Source: Mayamaea pseudoterrestris | Lineage: Eukaryota | Assembly: GCA_027923505.1 (NCBI GenBank) | Contig: BROI01000010.1 | Span: forward strand, 620,001 to 684,000 | Direction: 5' to 3' | DNA: 64,000 nucleotides | Shown here: piece by piece, positions 1-12,169 of the stretch | Layout: every line of letters starts with the position of its first letter | Numbering within the stretch: position 1 is the first letter of the stretch | Notes under the pieces: model-generated | Told to the model about the DNA's origin: nothing | Databases searched by the model: none | What the model saw: only the letters and a program-made list of their open reading frames with translations | Program-made: the position numbers and the translations under genes

Positions 1-2
1 AC

Positions 3-524
3 TTTCTCAGTAAGACACTGGAAGCCTCCCTTTTGACGAATATGGATCTTCTTCGAGCGCTGACGACCATACTCAATACTTGCCTCATGTTTAGCAAGCA
101 AATGGATCGGTTCATGGGATCAACAAGTATTAACGAAGACAAGAGGAAGGTCGCGACAGAAAAGCGTCACTCGATGCAGCGAACGCTTAATTACCGTGAC
201 AAAACGCGAGCCTCATTGACCCGCCAACGACTACAGGAGACGACGAAGGAAGAGCGGGTCGAGCGCAAGAAGCGATTGCATGAGCAGTCAATGCGAGTCT
301 ATTCAGAGATCAAGAGTCCATCTTATCGAGCGATGATGGATCGCTTTGATGATGTCTTTTCTCAACAAGTGTTTAAATTCATGGCAGGACTTAAACATAC
401 TGACCTCGACGCTGACATTCCAAGGGCCATGAATTTGGCGTTGCGCCTTGACTTTAAACGATGCGCTCAGTCTCTAGATATTGACACAGGTAGCTCCGAC
501 GAATTGTGTCAGATGCAGTCATAA
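3..524 (+). CDS. Gamma-tubulin complex component (Spc97/GCP2-like), C-terminal part; gene begins upstream of the window
   Basis: Frame is open from base 3 (FLSKTLEASLLTNMDLL...). ILNTCLMFSKQMDRF, FDDVFS and NLALRLDF match the GCP/Spc97-98 C-terminal pattern. Confidence 0.7.
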   Translation, partial: FLSKTLEASLLTNMDLLRALTTILNTCLMFSKQMDRFMGSTSINEDKRKVATEKRHSMQRTLNYRDKTRASLTRQRLQETTKEERVERKKRLHEQSMRVYSEIKSPSYRAMMDRFDDVFSQQVFKFMAGLKHTDLDADIPRAMNLALRLDFKRCAQSLDIDTGSSDELCQMQS

Positions 525-685
525 CGGATCGACAACGAGATTGGCATTGTCCACTAGCTTACGCGAAGGTAGCTCTATCATGTTTGCACTGTTGGTTCTG
601 AATCTTCCGTAACTAACAAAATAGTTCATAAGCACTATCTAGCCACGTTATTATTTTATACTTGAAAAGAGAACTATGTTGCTGC

Positions 686-1513
686 TCATAGCTCCTCCTC
701 CTCCTCGTCGCTGTCCATAATATTTCGTTCGACAAATTCCGGTCCGCACAGCACGTTTTGGCCGCGAACAAAGCATCCATAGCCAGGACCAGTCGCATCA
801 AAGTATTGTTTGCCCTTATAGGTTCCGTCATTTTGACCGATTGGCTCATCTAAATTCACACCGGCAAAGTAAGTTCGATCGCCATCGTCAAACGTTCCAG
901 TCCACTTGACCGTTCCTCGACGTTTACCAGGTTCGACTTGGCATCGTTCTCCTATGACACAATGCGATACACTTTGTTTGTTGTACGTTTGAATCTGTCC
1001 CAATGTGAATTGCGGATTTTTGGCTTGCTGAATGCGAGCAAAGGCTCGCAAAGTATTGGGGCGAGCGTCGTATTCCTCGTCCGTTAGGCGAAACTTTTGA
1101 ACAAGCGCCGTATTCTCCAAAGCGCCTCCGCGAGATATTGAAAATGGATTATCGTCAAGACAATGGATCCGCATGCCGCTGCGGAGCATGGACAAGTTGT
1201 CGTAGCAAAGTTCACCCAAACATTCGTTGCCTTGGTAAATGACAAGCTGCTGGTTCGCCGGTGAAGTTCCCGTCGTTTGATGAATCTTTTGCTGGATATT
1301 ATCAAGTAATTGCTCATTCCGCTCAAATCTAATCTCAATGTGTCGTTGGTCGAGGTTGGAGTGGCTAAAATCAAGTAAGATGTAATCGCTATTTTGGGCG
1401 AAACCACTCGTAGTTGCAGCGTACGCGTGCGTATGATCTTGTGCCGTAATGTAACTGCGCAACGCAAGGAGATCGTGGTTCTTTATCTCAAGAGAGGGTT
1501 TACTAGATGACAT
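686..1513 (-). CDS. TBCB: Tubulin-folding cofactor B (ubiquitin-like domain + CAP-Gly)
   Basis: N-terminal Ubl-like region, VQKFRLTDEEYDARPNTLR linker, CAP-Gly GVNLDEPIGQNDGTYKGKQYF, acidic EEL tail. Confidence 0.9.
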   Translation of the reverse strand: MSSSKPSLEIKNHDLLALRSYITAQDHTHAYAATTSGFAQNSDYILLDFSHSNLDQRHIEIRFERNEQLLDNIQQKIHQTTGTSPANQQLVIYQGNECLGELCYDNLSMLRSGMRIHCLDDNPFSISRGGALENTALVQKFRLTDEEYDARPNTLRAFARIQQAKNPQFTLGQIQTYNKQSVSHCVIGERCQVEPGKRRGTVKWTGTFDDGDRTYFAGVNLDEPIGQNDGTYKGKQYFDATGPGYGCFVRGQNVLCGPEFVERNIMDSDEEEEEL

Positions 1514-1889
1514 GCTTCTCTGTCAGTCAATACTGTAATGACCTCTCCAAAACTGCAAGTAGATTCGGAGGTGGCGATGTCTGAAAAAATTATGAATGGC
1601 ATCGAAGCTGCAGCGCGCGCTGGCGCGGCAGAACAAGTGAGGTTAGTACCGGTACGAGTCATCGCATCGACTTTTCTTCCGCACGACCACGAACACACAA
1701 CATCAAATAAATTATTGCTGCAGTTGTGATGTTTCATCACATCTTAAAGAATTGACCAACCATTAAAGTCACGACGCTTTTGATACTAGCACCAACTTGT
1801 CTATCACTCGTTTCGCTCGATCCAGCACCCAATCGACAACAGACAGTCGTGCGTCGTGCGACCAACAGTTTCTTTCGTTACATTACAGC

Positions 1890-2258
1890 ATGTCATCGGC
1901 CGCTGAACAACAAGCATCTGCCGAAGGCAAGGCCAGAGCCAAAGACGCTGCTCGGGAGTCTCGATTCAGTTTTCGTAATTTCGCGGAGCATTCCATGAGG
2001 AGAGAAATGAAGGAGGAAGCCATGGAGATTTGTAATCCACAAGTCAAGGATTTTGCGGAGTGCGCTCAAGACAAGGGGCTGTTGGTGGTCTGGTCCTGCA
2101 GCAAGCAACATAACGCCATTAAAAAATGTCTGGCGCTTCACAATGGAGAAGAGGCTTGGGAGCGATACAAGATGAAGCATGCGGAGGAGCTTGAGCAACG
2201 ATCCAAACTCAAAGGACCGCCACGACCTCCACCGAAAGTCCCCATGTCTAGCCATTAA
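1890..2258 (+). CDS. Twin CX9C mitochondrial COX assembly protein (Cmc1-like)
   Basis: C-x9-C...C-x9-C spacing (CNPQVKDFAEC, CSKQHNAIKKC). First ATG is at 1890. Confidence 0.8.
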   Translation: MSSAAEQQASAEGKARAKDAARESRFSFRNFAEHSMRREMKEEAMEICNPQVKDFAECAQDKGLLVVWSCSKQHNAIKKCLALHNGEEAWERYKMKHAEELEQRSKLKGPPRPPPKVPMSSH

Positions 2259-2441
2259 TAATGCAAGTCGAGTAGACGCCTGTAAATGTTCAAATTAATA
2301 GGGGGATTTTATGACTACTCTTCTTCAAACTAGCCATTTTGTAATCATTAGCACTATGGGTCAAACATTCACATGTACAGCATGACTCTGACTTGTACGA
2401 CAGAAGCGAGAAGGCTGCTTATAAACTTTACCACCGAGCGT

Positions 2442-3667
2442 TCACTCTTGTCGAAGCTTTTTTGCAGAGGCAGGCTTTTGGTTGCTTAATGATTTGCGCT
2501 TGCTTGTCTCCTCGTGCCCATCAGAAACCTGACCTGCTCGCGCCAATGCGTCATTCTCCTCGACCAGCGATCGCAAGGTCGATATTGCGGTCGATTCTTG
2601 CTGCGATGACGATGTTCCGGATCCGGCTGAAAACTCCATAGTATCCGATTGATCACGTCGGGCATATGCCTCGCCGCGGTCAGGCGCGCCTTCACTCTCG
2701 GCCGTCGACTGAGCTTGAGCGTTCAAGCGGCTAATCATGTTGATGAAGAGTCGCTCGTCTTCATAGAGACAATCCTTGCCAGCTTGCAGCAATCGACGCG
2801 AGACTTCCTCGTAAAGTTCCTTGCAGCTGCTAATCATTTCCAAAACCTTGGGGTAGTTGGTGAAGTTGCTCTTATTCACAACATTAGCCATGAAAGCGTT
2901 ACGCGTATGATATCCAGTCATCTTGTCGTGTTTTTTGAGGATCTTAGAAAAGCTACAATATGTCATAATGGCAAATGTTTCGAGCAGCAGCAAATCCTTG
3001 TACAAACGATAAATGGACTTGGCGAGCATGGACCACTTTTCGCTGACCATGATTGAGCTCGGTTGCATCATAATTTGCATTCCCTCTCGGACGCGCTCCT
3101 CTCGAATCTGAAATTCTTCCTGTGCCTTGTCAAAAAACTTGCAAACTTTGTGGTATTCAGCGTGAAGCAACTTGAAGAATGCTTTTTCTCCTGGGTTTCG
3201 TCCGAGTTCCTCGCGTTGCTCCAAGACGGCAGAGTGAGAATAGTGTACATTTTGTTCCTCCACAGCTGCATGTTCGTCGTTTGAAGCTCCTGATAACGTT
3301 TCTCCCAAAATCTCGTCGCCTTGGGGTTGGATTGAATAGGATGGAGCGACCGACGATGCTTGCGAAGATTCGTCTTCATTCATTGTGTGTTTGCGACTGC
3401 TTTGCCCTTTCAGAGAAGTTTCTTCCGTCGGCACAAGAGCTGGTAGCTCTTTTATAAGTTTCTGTGAAATAAAAGCGAATCTCAGATTCTACAGCCATGT
3501 GCACACTCAGCCCGGATACGACGCCAAGATGCGTCGAGATTCCTCAGCCATAAACCTATTTTCCAGCAACGTTGACTTACCTTGAGCATCTTATAATTCG
3601 TCCAGTACGGTGCCCATTCTGGATCGGAAATCTCTACTACCCGCTGAAGATTCTTGCAAAATTTCAT
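2442..3667 (-). CDS. SPX-domain protein (phosphate signalling), 2 exons: 3667-3581 and 3461-2442
   Basis: MKFCKNL...WAPYWTNYKMLK|KLIK, FFKLLHAEYHKV and FSKILKKHDK SPX motifs. A GTAAGT...CAG intron at 3580-3462 joins the frames. Confidence 0.9.
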
Positions 3668-3932
3668 GGTCAATGTTGCAGCAAAAGATATAAGCACAGT
3701 CAAGTGATGGCTTGTCCATCCGCCCTCTCGTTTTTGTGTGAACGTGGGCGTCCGGACAGTCGTGCGAACGTGACGCGACCTCCTAAGAAATGTCAATGAC
3801 GTCATTTAACCGGTACTTAGCCGCCAAAACAGCTGCCGTCGTTTTCGCTCCGTTCACCATGATAATCCAAAGACACGATCAGCCATATCGTTTTACATCG
3901 GAACGCGCACGTTGGCGAACTGCAAGCTAGTC

Positions 3933-4985
3933 ATGTCAGACGCCGATGATGCATTAGCAGCAACATTTCGAATTTCTTCCGTCGTGCGAGTCGGTAGTGA
4001 TCGTGTGACAGAGTTGCATGCAGACTCGAATACTCGTCCCATCTGCGAATTCAACCCTCGACCACAATCCTCGTCCGTTCGATCTGGCGGCGACGCCTCG
4101 AGTGTTCCTCAGTCCATAGCGACACAAGATACTGTGACTATATCGAATGTTCAGTCTCGCCTTCCAACCCAGCCCCAGCCCACTGTAATTCATCGGCGAA
4201 AGATGAAGCAGTATGCTGTGTCGACTCGATGGGAACGAGAGGTATCCGAAGGGACGCTGCCAAAAGATATTAATACATACTTTTGCTGTTGCGCCAAGAG
4301 AACTGGAAACATGTTCGCCTTGTTGTCCTACCCGGATGGAGCACCCATGGTAGTGGCTGGGCCTTGCTGGCCATTTTGTGTCTTTATCACGCTGCCGATG
4401 ATCCTTTTGATACCGATTCTCATCATGTACTTCTTCATCATTAATGAGTCCAAATTCCACCTACCCAATTGGCTACTAGCAATTTACATTCCTTGTCTAC
4501 TTTTCACGATCGGCGCTCTCTTTTGTGTCTCATGTCGTGACCCTGGACTCATGGAGCGAGTGACGGATGAGGAAGCAGGCGAAAGTGGATGGTTTTGGAA
4601 GTACGGTAATGCTAGTGGCATGACATGTTACTTGTGCAACAGCTATATGATCTCATACATTTCTTCTTACTACTGTTACCACAATATAGCGAGCAAGTTG
4701 GAAGCTTTCGTCCGCCTGGGGCCTTGTATTGTCGAGGTAAGCACCTGGACATTGTGACGGTTTGTAATGTAAGGACTTCCTCTGAAATCGACACTTTCGC
4801 ATCCACTATTAGAATGTGGCGTTTTAATTCAAGACTATGATCACTTGTGTCCCTGGACAGGGACTGGCATTGGCCGAGGAAACATGTTCGCATTCAAAAC
4901 ATTTGTTGTTAGCGTCAACATCCTTTGCTACTTCACATTGGGCGTTGTCATTTGGGGCTTGTTGGACGGCCTTGCCGGTAACTAA
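3933..4985 (+). CDS. DHHC-family palmitoyltransferase with DHLC variant motif; introns about 4601-4689 and 4737-4812
   Basis: Two TM helices, then RDPG, RPPGALYCRECGVLIQDYDHLCPWTGTGIGRGNM and a further TM helix. GT-AG introns restore the frame. Confidence 0.85.
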
Positions 4986-6133
4986 GTGGTTAAGAATGAA
5001 GGACAATAGGGTAAAATGCTTATACATAAAACTATCATCATGATGTTAGGACAGATTCGTCTCGAAAGAAAAGGTTAAGGATAAGTTGACGCGTTGGGTC
5101 GGATGGCGCGAAGCGAAAGGGCGCCTCCTAGCAAGAGACACAAAGCGAAAGCGACCGACGCGCTACAACACCTCCAAGAAGTTTGACCCTTAGAAGATGA
5201 TGAACAGCAACCAATATCAGCACGATACAACAGGCCGGTTGTCAGTGGAGGACGCCATGATGCTTGACAGCCCTCACTCATCGCCAACCACAAGAAAGGT
5301 AGGAAAACTGAACGACTGTCGTTCCGCTGAACTACATGTGCAGTCGGAAAGAGGACGACTGCTGCTCTTGACACTATTGGCGCATTAAACAGCACACGCT
5401 CCGCTAGGCACATGTGTCGAACCAGAAATCAGCTCAAGTGTCAATCTGATTGGAAAGCGAACGTATATGCCGACCGTCAGATTCCCCCCGAGATTCCACA
5501 TTCTCACTCGCAACTCGCCCATTCTTTCTGCTTTTTCAGATTACAACACCTGAATCAAACGAATCAGTTGATCACCGACCAAGGGCTGGATCCATGCAGG
5601 AGCGAACGCCAGATGATGAGCGTTTGAAACCAATTGGTATGCCAAAAAAGATTGCCTTTTAGCAACTCAAGCATTCGGAACAAGCGCATTGCAGTTTTCT
5701 TTCGCCGTATTGAAGGCTATGATTGAGAAATAGCGTTGACTCTATACTACAGATGAAGACGCGCGATAAACATAAATTTACGCTATTATTTTAGGTTCAT
5801 TCTTCGCTTGCAGTAGTTTACCGGTAGAGTTCTTCGGTCGCTTCCTGCATCTGCCCAACGGTGATATATCATTCAATTCCATCGTTTCTGCGCGCAACGC
5901 GCTAGATGCAGCCTTGTTTTGCGCATTACATTACTCGAAAACGGATGTCAAGTAGTTGAGTGACCTCAACGTTGACGATAGCTAAAAGATACGTGATCCA
6001 CAAAGGTTCAAGTTAAGTCGCAGTCAGCACCTCTGCCCGCTCGCTGACCACGACAGGCGCGCGCGCGCATGAACCGTTCCCTCGCTACCGCAGCCTCGCT
6101 GCAACCAAAAATCACCCACCAAGCTGCAACACC

Positions 6134-7123
6134 ATGATGATCGTCCCTTGCCTTGCTGTCACAGCACTCACTCTGCTTTCAACAAGTGCCCAAGCCTCGA
6201 CACGCATTGCTGTTTTGGAATTTGGAAAAGGGGGATCCGTTGTATCTACTAATGTGCGGAACCCCGAGACATCAGTCAACGGAGTCGTTAGCTTTTGGAA
6301 CGCTCTCCACAAGACAGGTCGTCGGCAGTTGCAGTATGCTGGTATGAGCGTTGTACCAGGGATTTTTGGCTCAGTCGATTCCGGATTAGTAATTGGACTT
6401 GGTGGTCGCGTCGATTTAGATGAAATGGTGAATGTCGCGTCGTACTTGTCCGAGGATGCTACTGCCGCCGTTGGCCACTTGGAAGTTGAAGGCAATCGCT
6501 GCGCCGACATGATGGCCAAGATCAGCGACGTTCAAGAGATTGAGGATGTTTCCGACTTCAAGTCCTTCGCCATGAAGAAGGTTTCGACCTCGGGCCTTTC
6601 AGGGATCAGAGCGACTGTTGCGTCTTTTAACGCTGCCAAGATCGATCAAGAATTAGCCAACATGTTCCAAGAGATTGAGCGCTCTGCTCGAGCTTCGGGC
6701 AAAACGACTGTCGTGCACTTGGTCGTCGACGAAGACAATGCTCATTCGCGCCGCCGCTTGCAGGCGCGTCGTCGCCTTGAAGATGAACAGGACGCCGAGG
6801 AAGATCAAAACAATAACAACCAAGGCGAGAATAATAATAACAATAACAATGAGCAAAACAATAATAACGCTGAGGACGACAACATTCAGAATCAACAGAA
6901 CCAGTACAGTGGCTACTATGGATATGGATACTACAATGCGTACGGTGAGTGGATTACTCCATACAAGACCATGTTTCAGATTCAATATTTCAATGTTGTC
7001 CTGTGGACTGCGGTGGCTCTAGTTGTTGCTCTTGTGTACACGATTTACCTAATGATTAACATGCCCATGGAGGCGGATACGCTGCTATTTGGAGAGTCGG
7101 CCAAGATGGTGGGTGACGATTAG
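6134..7123 (+). CDS. Type I membrane protein, ATP6AP2/(pro)renin-receptor-like V-ATPase accessory protein
   Basis: Signal peptide, RRLE motif, Asn-rich linker, and C-terminal FNVVLW-TM-NMPMEADTLLF resembling the ATP6AP2 tail. Confidence 0.55.
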   Translation: MMIVPCLAVTALTLLSTSAQASTRIAVLEFGKGGSVVSTNVRNPETSVNGVVSFWNALHKTGRRQLQYAGMSVVPGIFGSVDSGLVIGLGGRVDLDEMVNVASYLSEDATAAVGHLEVEGNRCADMMAKISDVQEIEDVSDFKSFAMKKVSTSGLSGIRATVASFNAAKIDQELANMFQEIERSARASGKTTVVHLVVDEDNAHSRRRLQARRRLEDEQDAEEDQNNNNQGENNNNNNNEQNNNNAEDDNIQNQQNQYSGYYGYGYYNAYGEWITPYKTMFQIQYFNVVLWTAVALVVALVYTIYLMINMPMEADTLLFGESAKMVGDD

Positions 7124-7499
7124 CACATGATTACTAATAATAGCTAGTGTCACCAACGGTCGAGCTTAATTTAGTACTCTCTGTTATACAATTCTGTGCT
7201 GTCTCTACGCTGTAAACCAGTAGTCTGTGCAGTAAAGTTTCTCGTTTCTCGCGTGGTCCGGTAGATGCGAGCCACCGGAACAGAAGGTGTTGCTGCAGGT
7301 ACCGTCACTGTATGAATATTGCTACGGTAGTGCATATCAAGCGTGAATGAAAAGACGCTCACCATTTTAGTCACAATTCGAACGCCCTTTGCCATGACCA
7401 GCCATCATCATCACGCATCACAAGGTCACACTCACATTCAGGAGCCACAACTCCGGTCACTGGACAGAACTATAGCATCGTTCTATTTACAACTCAACA

Positions 7500-9351
7500 A
7501 TGAAGCTTGTAGCACGGTTTCGAACGAAAAAATTGAATCGTACGTGCTTGGTGGTCATTCTAAGTCTGGATGGATCGATTACATCATCAGCATTTCATCC
7601 TCCTTACGAAGTTCGACGGAGTAGCTATGGCAAAGTCATATCTGGACGACAACACTTTTCTGTCGGCGATATCAGACAATTTCGAATAAGGGCAGCTGAT
7701 TGGGAAGATGAGTGGGATCCGTCATACGCTGCTGATAATGACGGCAATGCGGAAAGCGCTAATAACGATTTTGTCGTCCTCATGGCACCGAAGACGTCAA
7801 CTTCCCATTTCTTTAGCCAAAAGTCTCTTCTGGATCCATCGTTTGAATCAGATCCTGTCTTTGAGAAACTTTGCAACGGAATTGGAATTTCGCGGCCATC
7901 AAAGATACAGAGTCTCGCATGGCCTGTTCTCCTTTCTGGAAAACACGCCATCGTCGCAGAGCAAACGGGCTCAGGCAAGGTGAGTGGAATGTCTAATATA
8001 CGAATCGCCACACGACGTATGGCTCTAACAGCGGCAAATAATTCTGCAGACGTTGGCATATCTTATTCCATTGCTTCGAAAGGCTTTAGTTATGAGCGAT
8101 GGGCCTAAATTGCCTGGAGCACCTAGGATACTAGTGCTCGCACCCACGGCTGAGCTGGCCGATCAAATCAAAGCTGTCTGCAATAAGCTGTCTAGCGAAA
8201 TCAAGTTCTCATCCATGGTCATTACTGCTTCTGGAAAACACCAGACGTCTATCCGCGATCAGATCCGAATGCTTCAGCGACAACCGGTTGACATTGTCAT
8301 TTCAACTCCAGGTCGGGTCGCCACTATTCTCCGCGCCAAAAATACCGATTTGGATCTCAGTAAACTGCAATCGCTCGTTCTCGACGAAGTAGATGTTCTG
8401 ATGCTTGATGACACCTTTGGTCCGCAGCTGCGGACAGTCGGTGAAGCTGCTCCAGCGGAGCAGGCGCAGTTTGTCTTTGTCACGGCCACGCTACCAGACA
8501 CCGTCGTGGCCAAGATTCAAAAGGAATTTCCTGGTGTGGTCCAAATTCTTGGACCAGGTCTTCATCGCGTAGCCCCGACCGTCAAGGAACGTCTTGTTGA
8601 CGTTTCGGTTCCATCGAGGAGTAATCGTGATGCCAAGCTTGGGTTTGAAATAAAAGCAAAGGAGCTATTGACGGTCCTCAGACAAACCAAGTGCCCACGA
8701 ACACTCATTTTTTGCAATACGATTGAAAGTTGCCGGCAGGTGGAAAATCTGTTGACTCGAAAAGATCGCAGAAGTCGCGTTTACAATGTTGGCGCATATC
8801 ATAATGCCATGACGCCGGAAGCGAGAAACGAGCAGTTAGATATCTTTGCTCGCAGTGCGGAAGGCAAGAATGACGTGGACTACATCTTGGTATGCACAGA
8901 TCGAGCGGCAAGGGGCGTAGATTTTCACGCGGCTCCGGTCGACCATGTCATCATATTTGACTTTCCTGCTGACCCAGCAGATTACGTGAGGTACGTATGC
9001 TTTCGTAGGAGGCCAATGAAATCGCTGATTATATATCGACTTAAACCGTTAAGGCCATCAATTCCTCCGTTTACTAGACGAGTCGGACGAACAGCTCGAG
9101 CGGGAAGGAGTGGGACATGTACTGTCTTTGCGTACGGATGGCAGCTACCGATAGCGCGAAGCGTCATGCTAGGCGCCAAGCTCGATACGTCGACGGCATT
9201 CATTCGGCCAGACTTAAACGACGAGTCAGATGAGAGACCGATGAGTATGAGAGGGATGAAGGGGCGTGCGATGCAGCAAAAGAACAAGAAACGATATGAA
9301 ATCAAGTCTAGTATTGAAGGCAGTCATCTTTGGAATGAACGTATAAAATGA
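7500..9351 (+). CDS. DEAD-box RNA helicase (DEVD), probably organelle-targeted; introns about 7980-8049 and 8991-9078
   Basis: Q motif [50 protein letters not shown]. Canonical GT-AG introns. Confidence 0.92.
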
Positions 9352-9388
9352 CTTGTAAATAAACAATTATTGTAGTCACTACTCGCAG

Positions 9389-10189
9389 CTACGGTTCGTA
9401 AAGTGACTTGTAGTTGACAACATCATACTCCTCTATCTCATAATTGCTGACATCATAAGAGCGCACTTCGTATTCCTTGCCAAACGAACCTTCATAAACC
9501 TCTGGAAAACTCGACACAGTTGATTGCTTTTCCTTCGCCGCCTGAATATTTTCCTCCGCCAATCGTGCCATTCTTAGTTCTGGCAACTCCAGTTTACCTC
9601 GTTCGTCCTGCTCGGCAATTTCGCGAGCTTTTCTGTTCGCCATTTGAAATTGCTCCTTCGTTACGCATTCAATGGCATATAGTCGCTGTCGTTCTCGCAG
9701 GGCGATGCGACGTTCCTCCTCGACGTCTCTGGCACCCACCCTTTCGGCCTGCTGCAAGAGTGCCTTGTCTTTCTTCGGCTCAGTATTAAAAACAAATCTT
9801 GGAATGGAAAAGGCTTCTTGACTTTCATTGTTGGCCGTTCCAGATAGGTGTTTGTCAAGCACTAACGCTGGCGTCGCGACATTCTCCAGAAACAGTTCCT
9901 CGGTCGGGTTCCATTCTATGGGCACAGCCGCAGGCAAAAGGGCGCCTTCTAACTCTTCCTGATCGCGCATATTTGTTTTTTCTCGTTCTCTCATTGCCTC
10001 CATGATTGATTCGGCGACGGGGGAGTGGAAGAGTTGGTGTGGACTCGCATGCACGCGGAAGCCGCCGCAACGGGGTTTTGTGTTTTGTTCTTCGATAAGC
10101 ATCCGATGAGAAACGGTACGACATCTCTCTATCAACAATACTTGCAAGCTTCTTATTAGTGCTGTACAGCATAATTGTAAAGCCCTCAA
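9389..10189 (-). CDS. Hypothetical protein with coiled-coil region and Tyr/acidic C-terminal repeats; true start probably an internal ATG
   Basis: 266-codon ORF ending YEVRSYDVSNYEIEEYDVVNYKSLYEP. No family recognised. Confidence 0.5.
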   Translation of the reverse strand: MRALQLCCTALIRSLQVLLIERCRTVSHRMLIEEQNTKPRCGGFRVHASPHQLFHSPVAESIMEAMREREKTNMRDQEELEGALLPAAVPIEWNPTEELFLENVATPALVLDKHLSGTANNESQEAFSIPRFVFNTEPKKDKALLQQAERVGARDVEEERRIALRERQRLYAIECVTKEQFQMANRKAREIAEQDERGKLELPELRMARLAEENIQAAKEKQSTVSSFPEVYEGSFGKEYEVRSYDVSNYEIEEYDVVNYKSLYEP

Positions 10190-10291
10190 TCACCGTTATG
10201 GTTCAAAGACTTAACAATCATAGTGGAGTTAATCATTTTGCTCGAGTGGCATTTCCGCACAAGCCAAAATGGCGGCAGACCCCTTCCGCCA

Positions 10292-11785
10292 TTACGCATC
10301 CAACTTCATGGCATTCTCAGGCTTGCTTTCGGTGGTGTCTTCACACTCCAGCTGCTCCTCCCAACTTTCGATAAGACTGCGCATAATCGCATCTTGCTCA
10401 CGCCTCAGATTGATGCACTCGCGCAATAGGTTGGAAGTCACGTGGGCAGGAATGCGCGTGCAGGTTTGGCACCAGCCGGACGTTTCACACACTTCATCGC
10501 CCGTTTGAAGGCTTGGTACAAAGAAACCACATCGCACGCACATGTCGCCCTCCGTTCCTTTGCGAAAGGGCCCAAACCGGTTACGCCCGCGACCCATATT
10601 GCCACCAAGGACACTCTGCGCAGCCAAAATACCGATACCGGAATGCATATCCCAAAGCTTGGCAGCTCGGCCTGTGGTGTGATATCTGTGTGAGTCAAGC
10701 AGCAAATAATCCAATTCGAAACCACCAACAACAACAACTTACCCTCCAGTGCATCAGGAAAACTACGCATGCGATCCACTCGAATGGCTTCCTTAAAATC
10801 ATTTGTGCTGCTCAGCCGCAAGCGGTGTTCGTCCTCTCGCTCAAACTGCCGTCGCAAATTGTGGAATCGATTTTTGATCCCGTTATCGGTTCGTCCGGGT
10901 ATGACTTTTGACATTTTCGCCCAATGACTACCCATAGAGTTGTACAGATGAAATATCATGGCATCTTCCAGGGCATTCCAGTCTGTCACTTTTAATCGTG
11001 GATTGAGGTGGTTGACGTATCGCTCGCGACACTGTTTCCCTGTCCGACCTGGAAGAGACAGCGCCACAATGCTCCATTTCATGGGCATTCGCATTTTCTT
11101 TACAATACTCAAAAGTAGGGCGTCTTCCTCCTTGGTCCAGGCCTTTGGACCACTCTTGCGCCCTTTGTCACTCGTATCGCCATAGTCACTTCCCTTGTCA
11201 CCAGCTGGGTACATGTATCCGGGCGGAAACAATCCATACGGCGGCGGCATGCCAGGAGGACCTCCATAGTAGCCGGGATAGCCAGGGAGTGGATATGCTC
11301 CGTATGGACCAGAAGGCATCTCTGCCATTGGCTTGTGCTCAGACTTGTCGGGCGACGATCCATGATCCATCGCCCGATGACCAGGTGACGCGCCATCTCC
11401 AGGAGCAGAACCTGGACCCGTTTCTCCAATTTTTACCCATTCAGAATCACCGTCAGGATAAATAAGCAAGTGTTCTCCAGAGTTTTCGTCAAATCGATCG
11501 ACCGTCCCAGTGTACCATGTTCCGTCAACGGGCCAAAACACTCGCACCTTCTTGCCAATCATGCAGTGATCGCAGAATCTACCATATAGTTGAGAAATAT
11601 CTGATTTGAGAATGTTCACATCGAACCTATATAATTCTTGTTACTCACTTTGGTTTAGTTGGTCCAGGATGCGCCTTCAATGCGTCGGGATCATCGCAGG
11701 CAAGCAATGGAACACCTGACTTCCCGCATTGTAAGCATAAATCAGCTACGCCTGAGGAGGTACCGTGCTCGGCCATGGATGGCAT
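10292..11785 (-). CDS. R2R3-Myb transcription factor with N-terminal Tudor-like domain and CxxC pairs; 2 introns
   Basis: WTKEED...GRTGKQCRERY and W...GRTDNGIKNRF Myb repeats. IGKKVRVFWPVDGTWYTGTV is Tudor-like. GTAAGT donor near 10742. The 5' exon MPSMAEHG...CLQCGKS is inferred. Confidence 0.85.
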
Positions 11786-12169
11786 GCTCTTGTTGTCGTA
11801 AAAGTAACAATAATTTTGCTTTGGAATTCAAATGCGGCTCAACTGCTCGTTGCGATGCTTGTGGAAGCCGTTGAGAATGTGCAACGTCATGGCCGACATG
11901 GGAGATGAGCTAAAATTGGTCGTACTGGTACTTGCGAAGCTCCGTTTCCTGGCGCTGGCGCGTCATTTTGATGATACGCGAAAGAATGGCATACGTCATC
12001 TCACGACTGGCCTCCTTGCAATTCATTGGCCAGTGGGGCGACGAAACGCATCGTAGATGAGTCATTTTCATTGGAAGGGCAATGCTCGAATCTATCCGAT
12101 AGCGGCTCGTCATGCGAATTTCCGCGACACCATGAAGGAGTGCGGTCGAACCTCCTCGTATAGGACCGC

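Noticed and set aside
5075..5662. Possible small gene between the DHHC and ATP6AP2-like genes
   Set aside because: Only short stop-interrupted ORFs with no recognisable motif. It cannot be supported.
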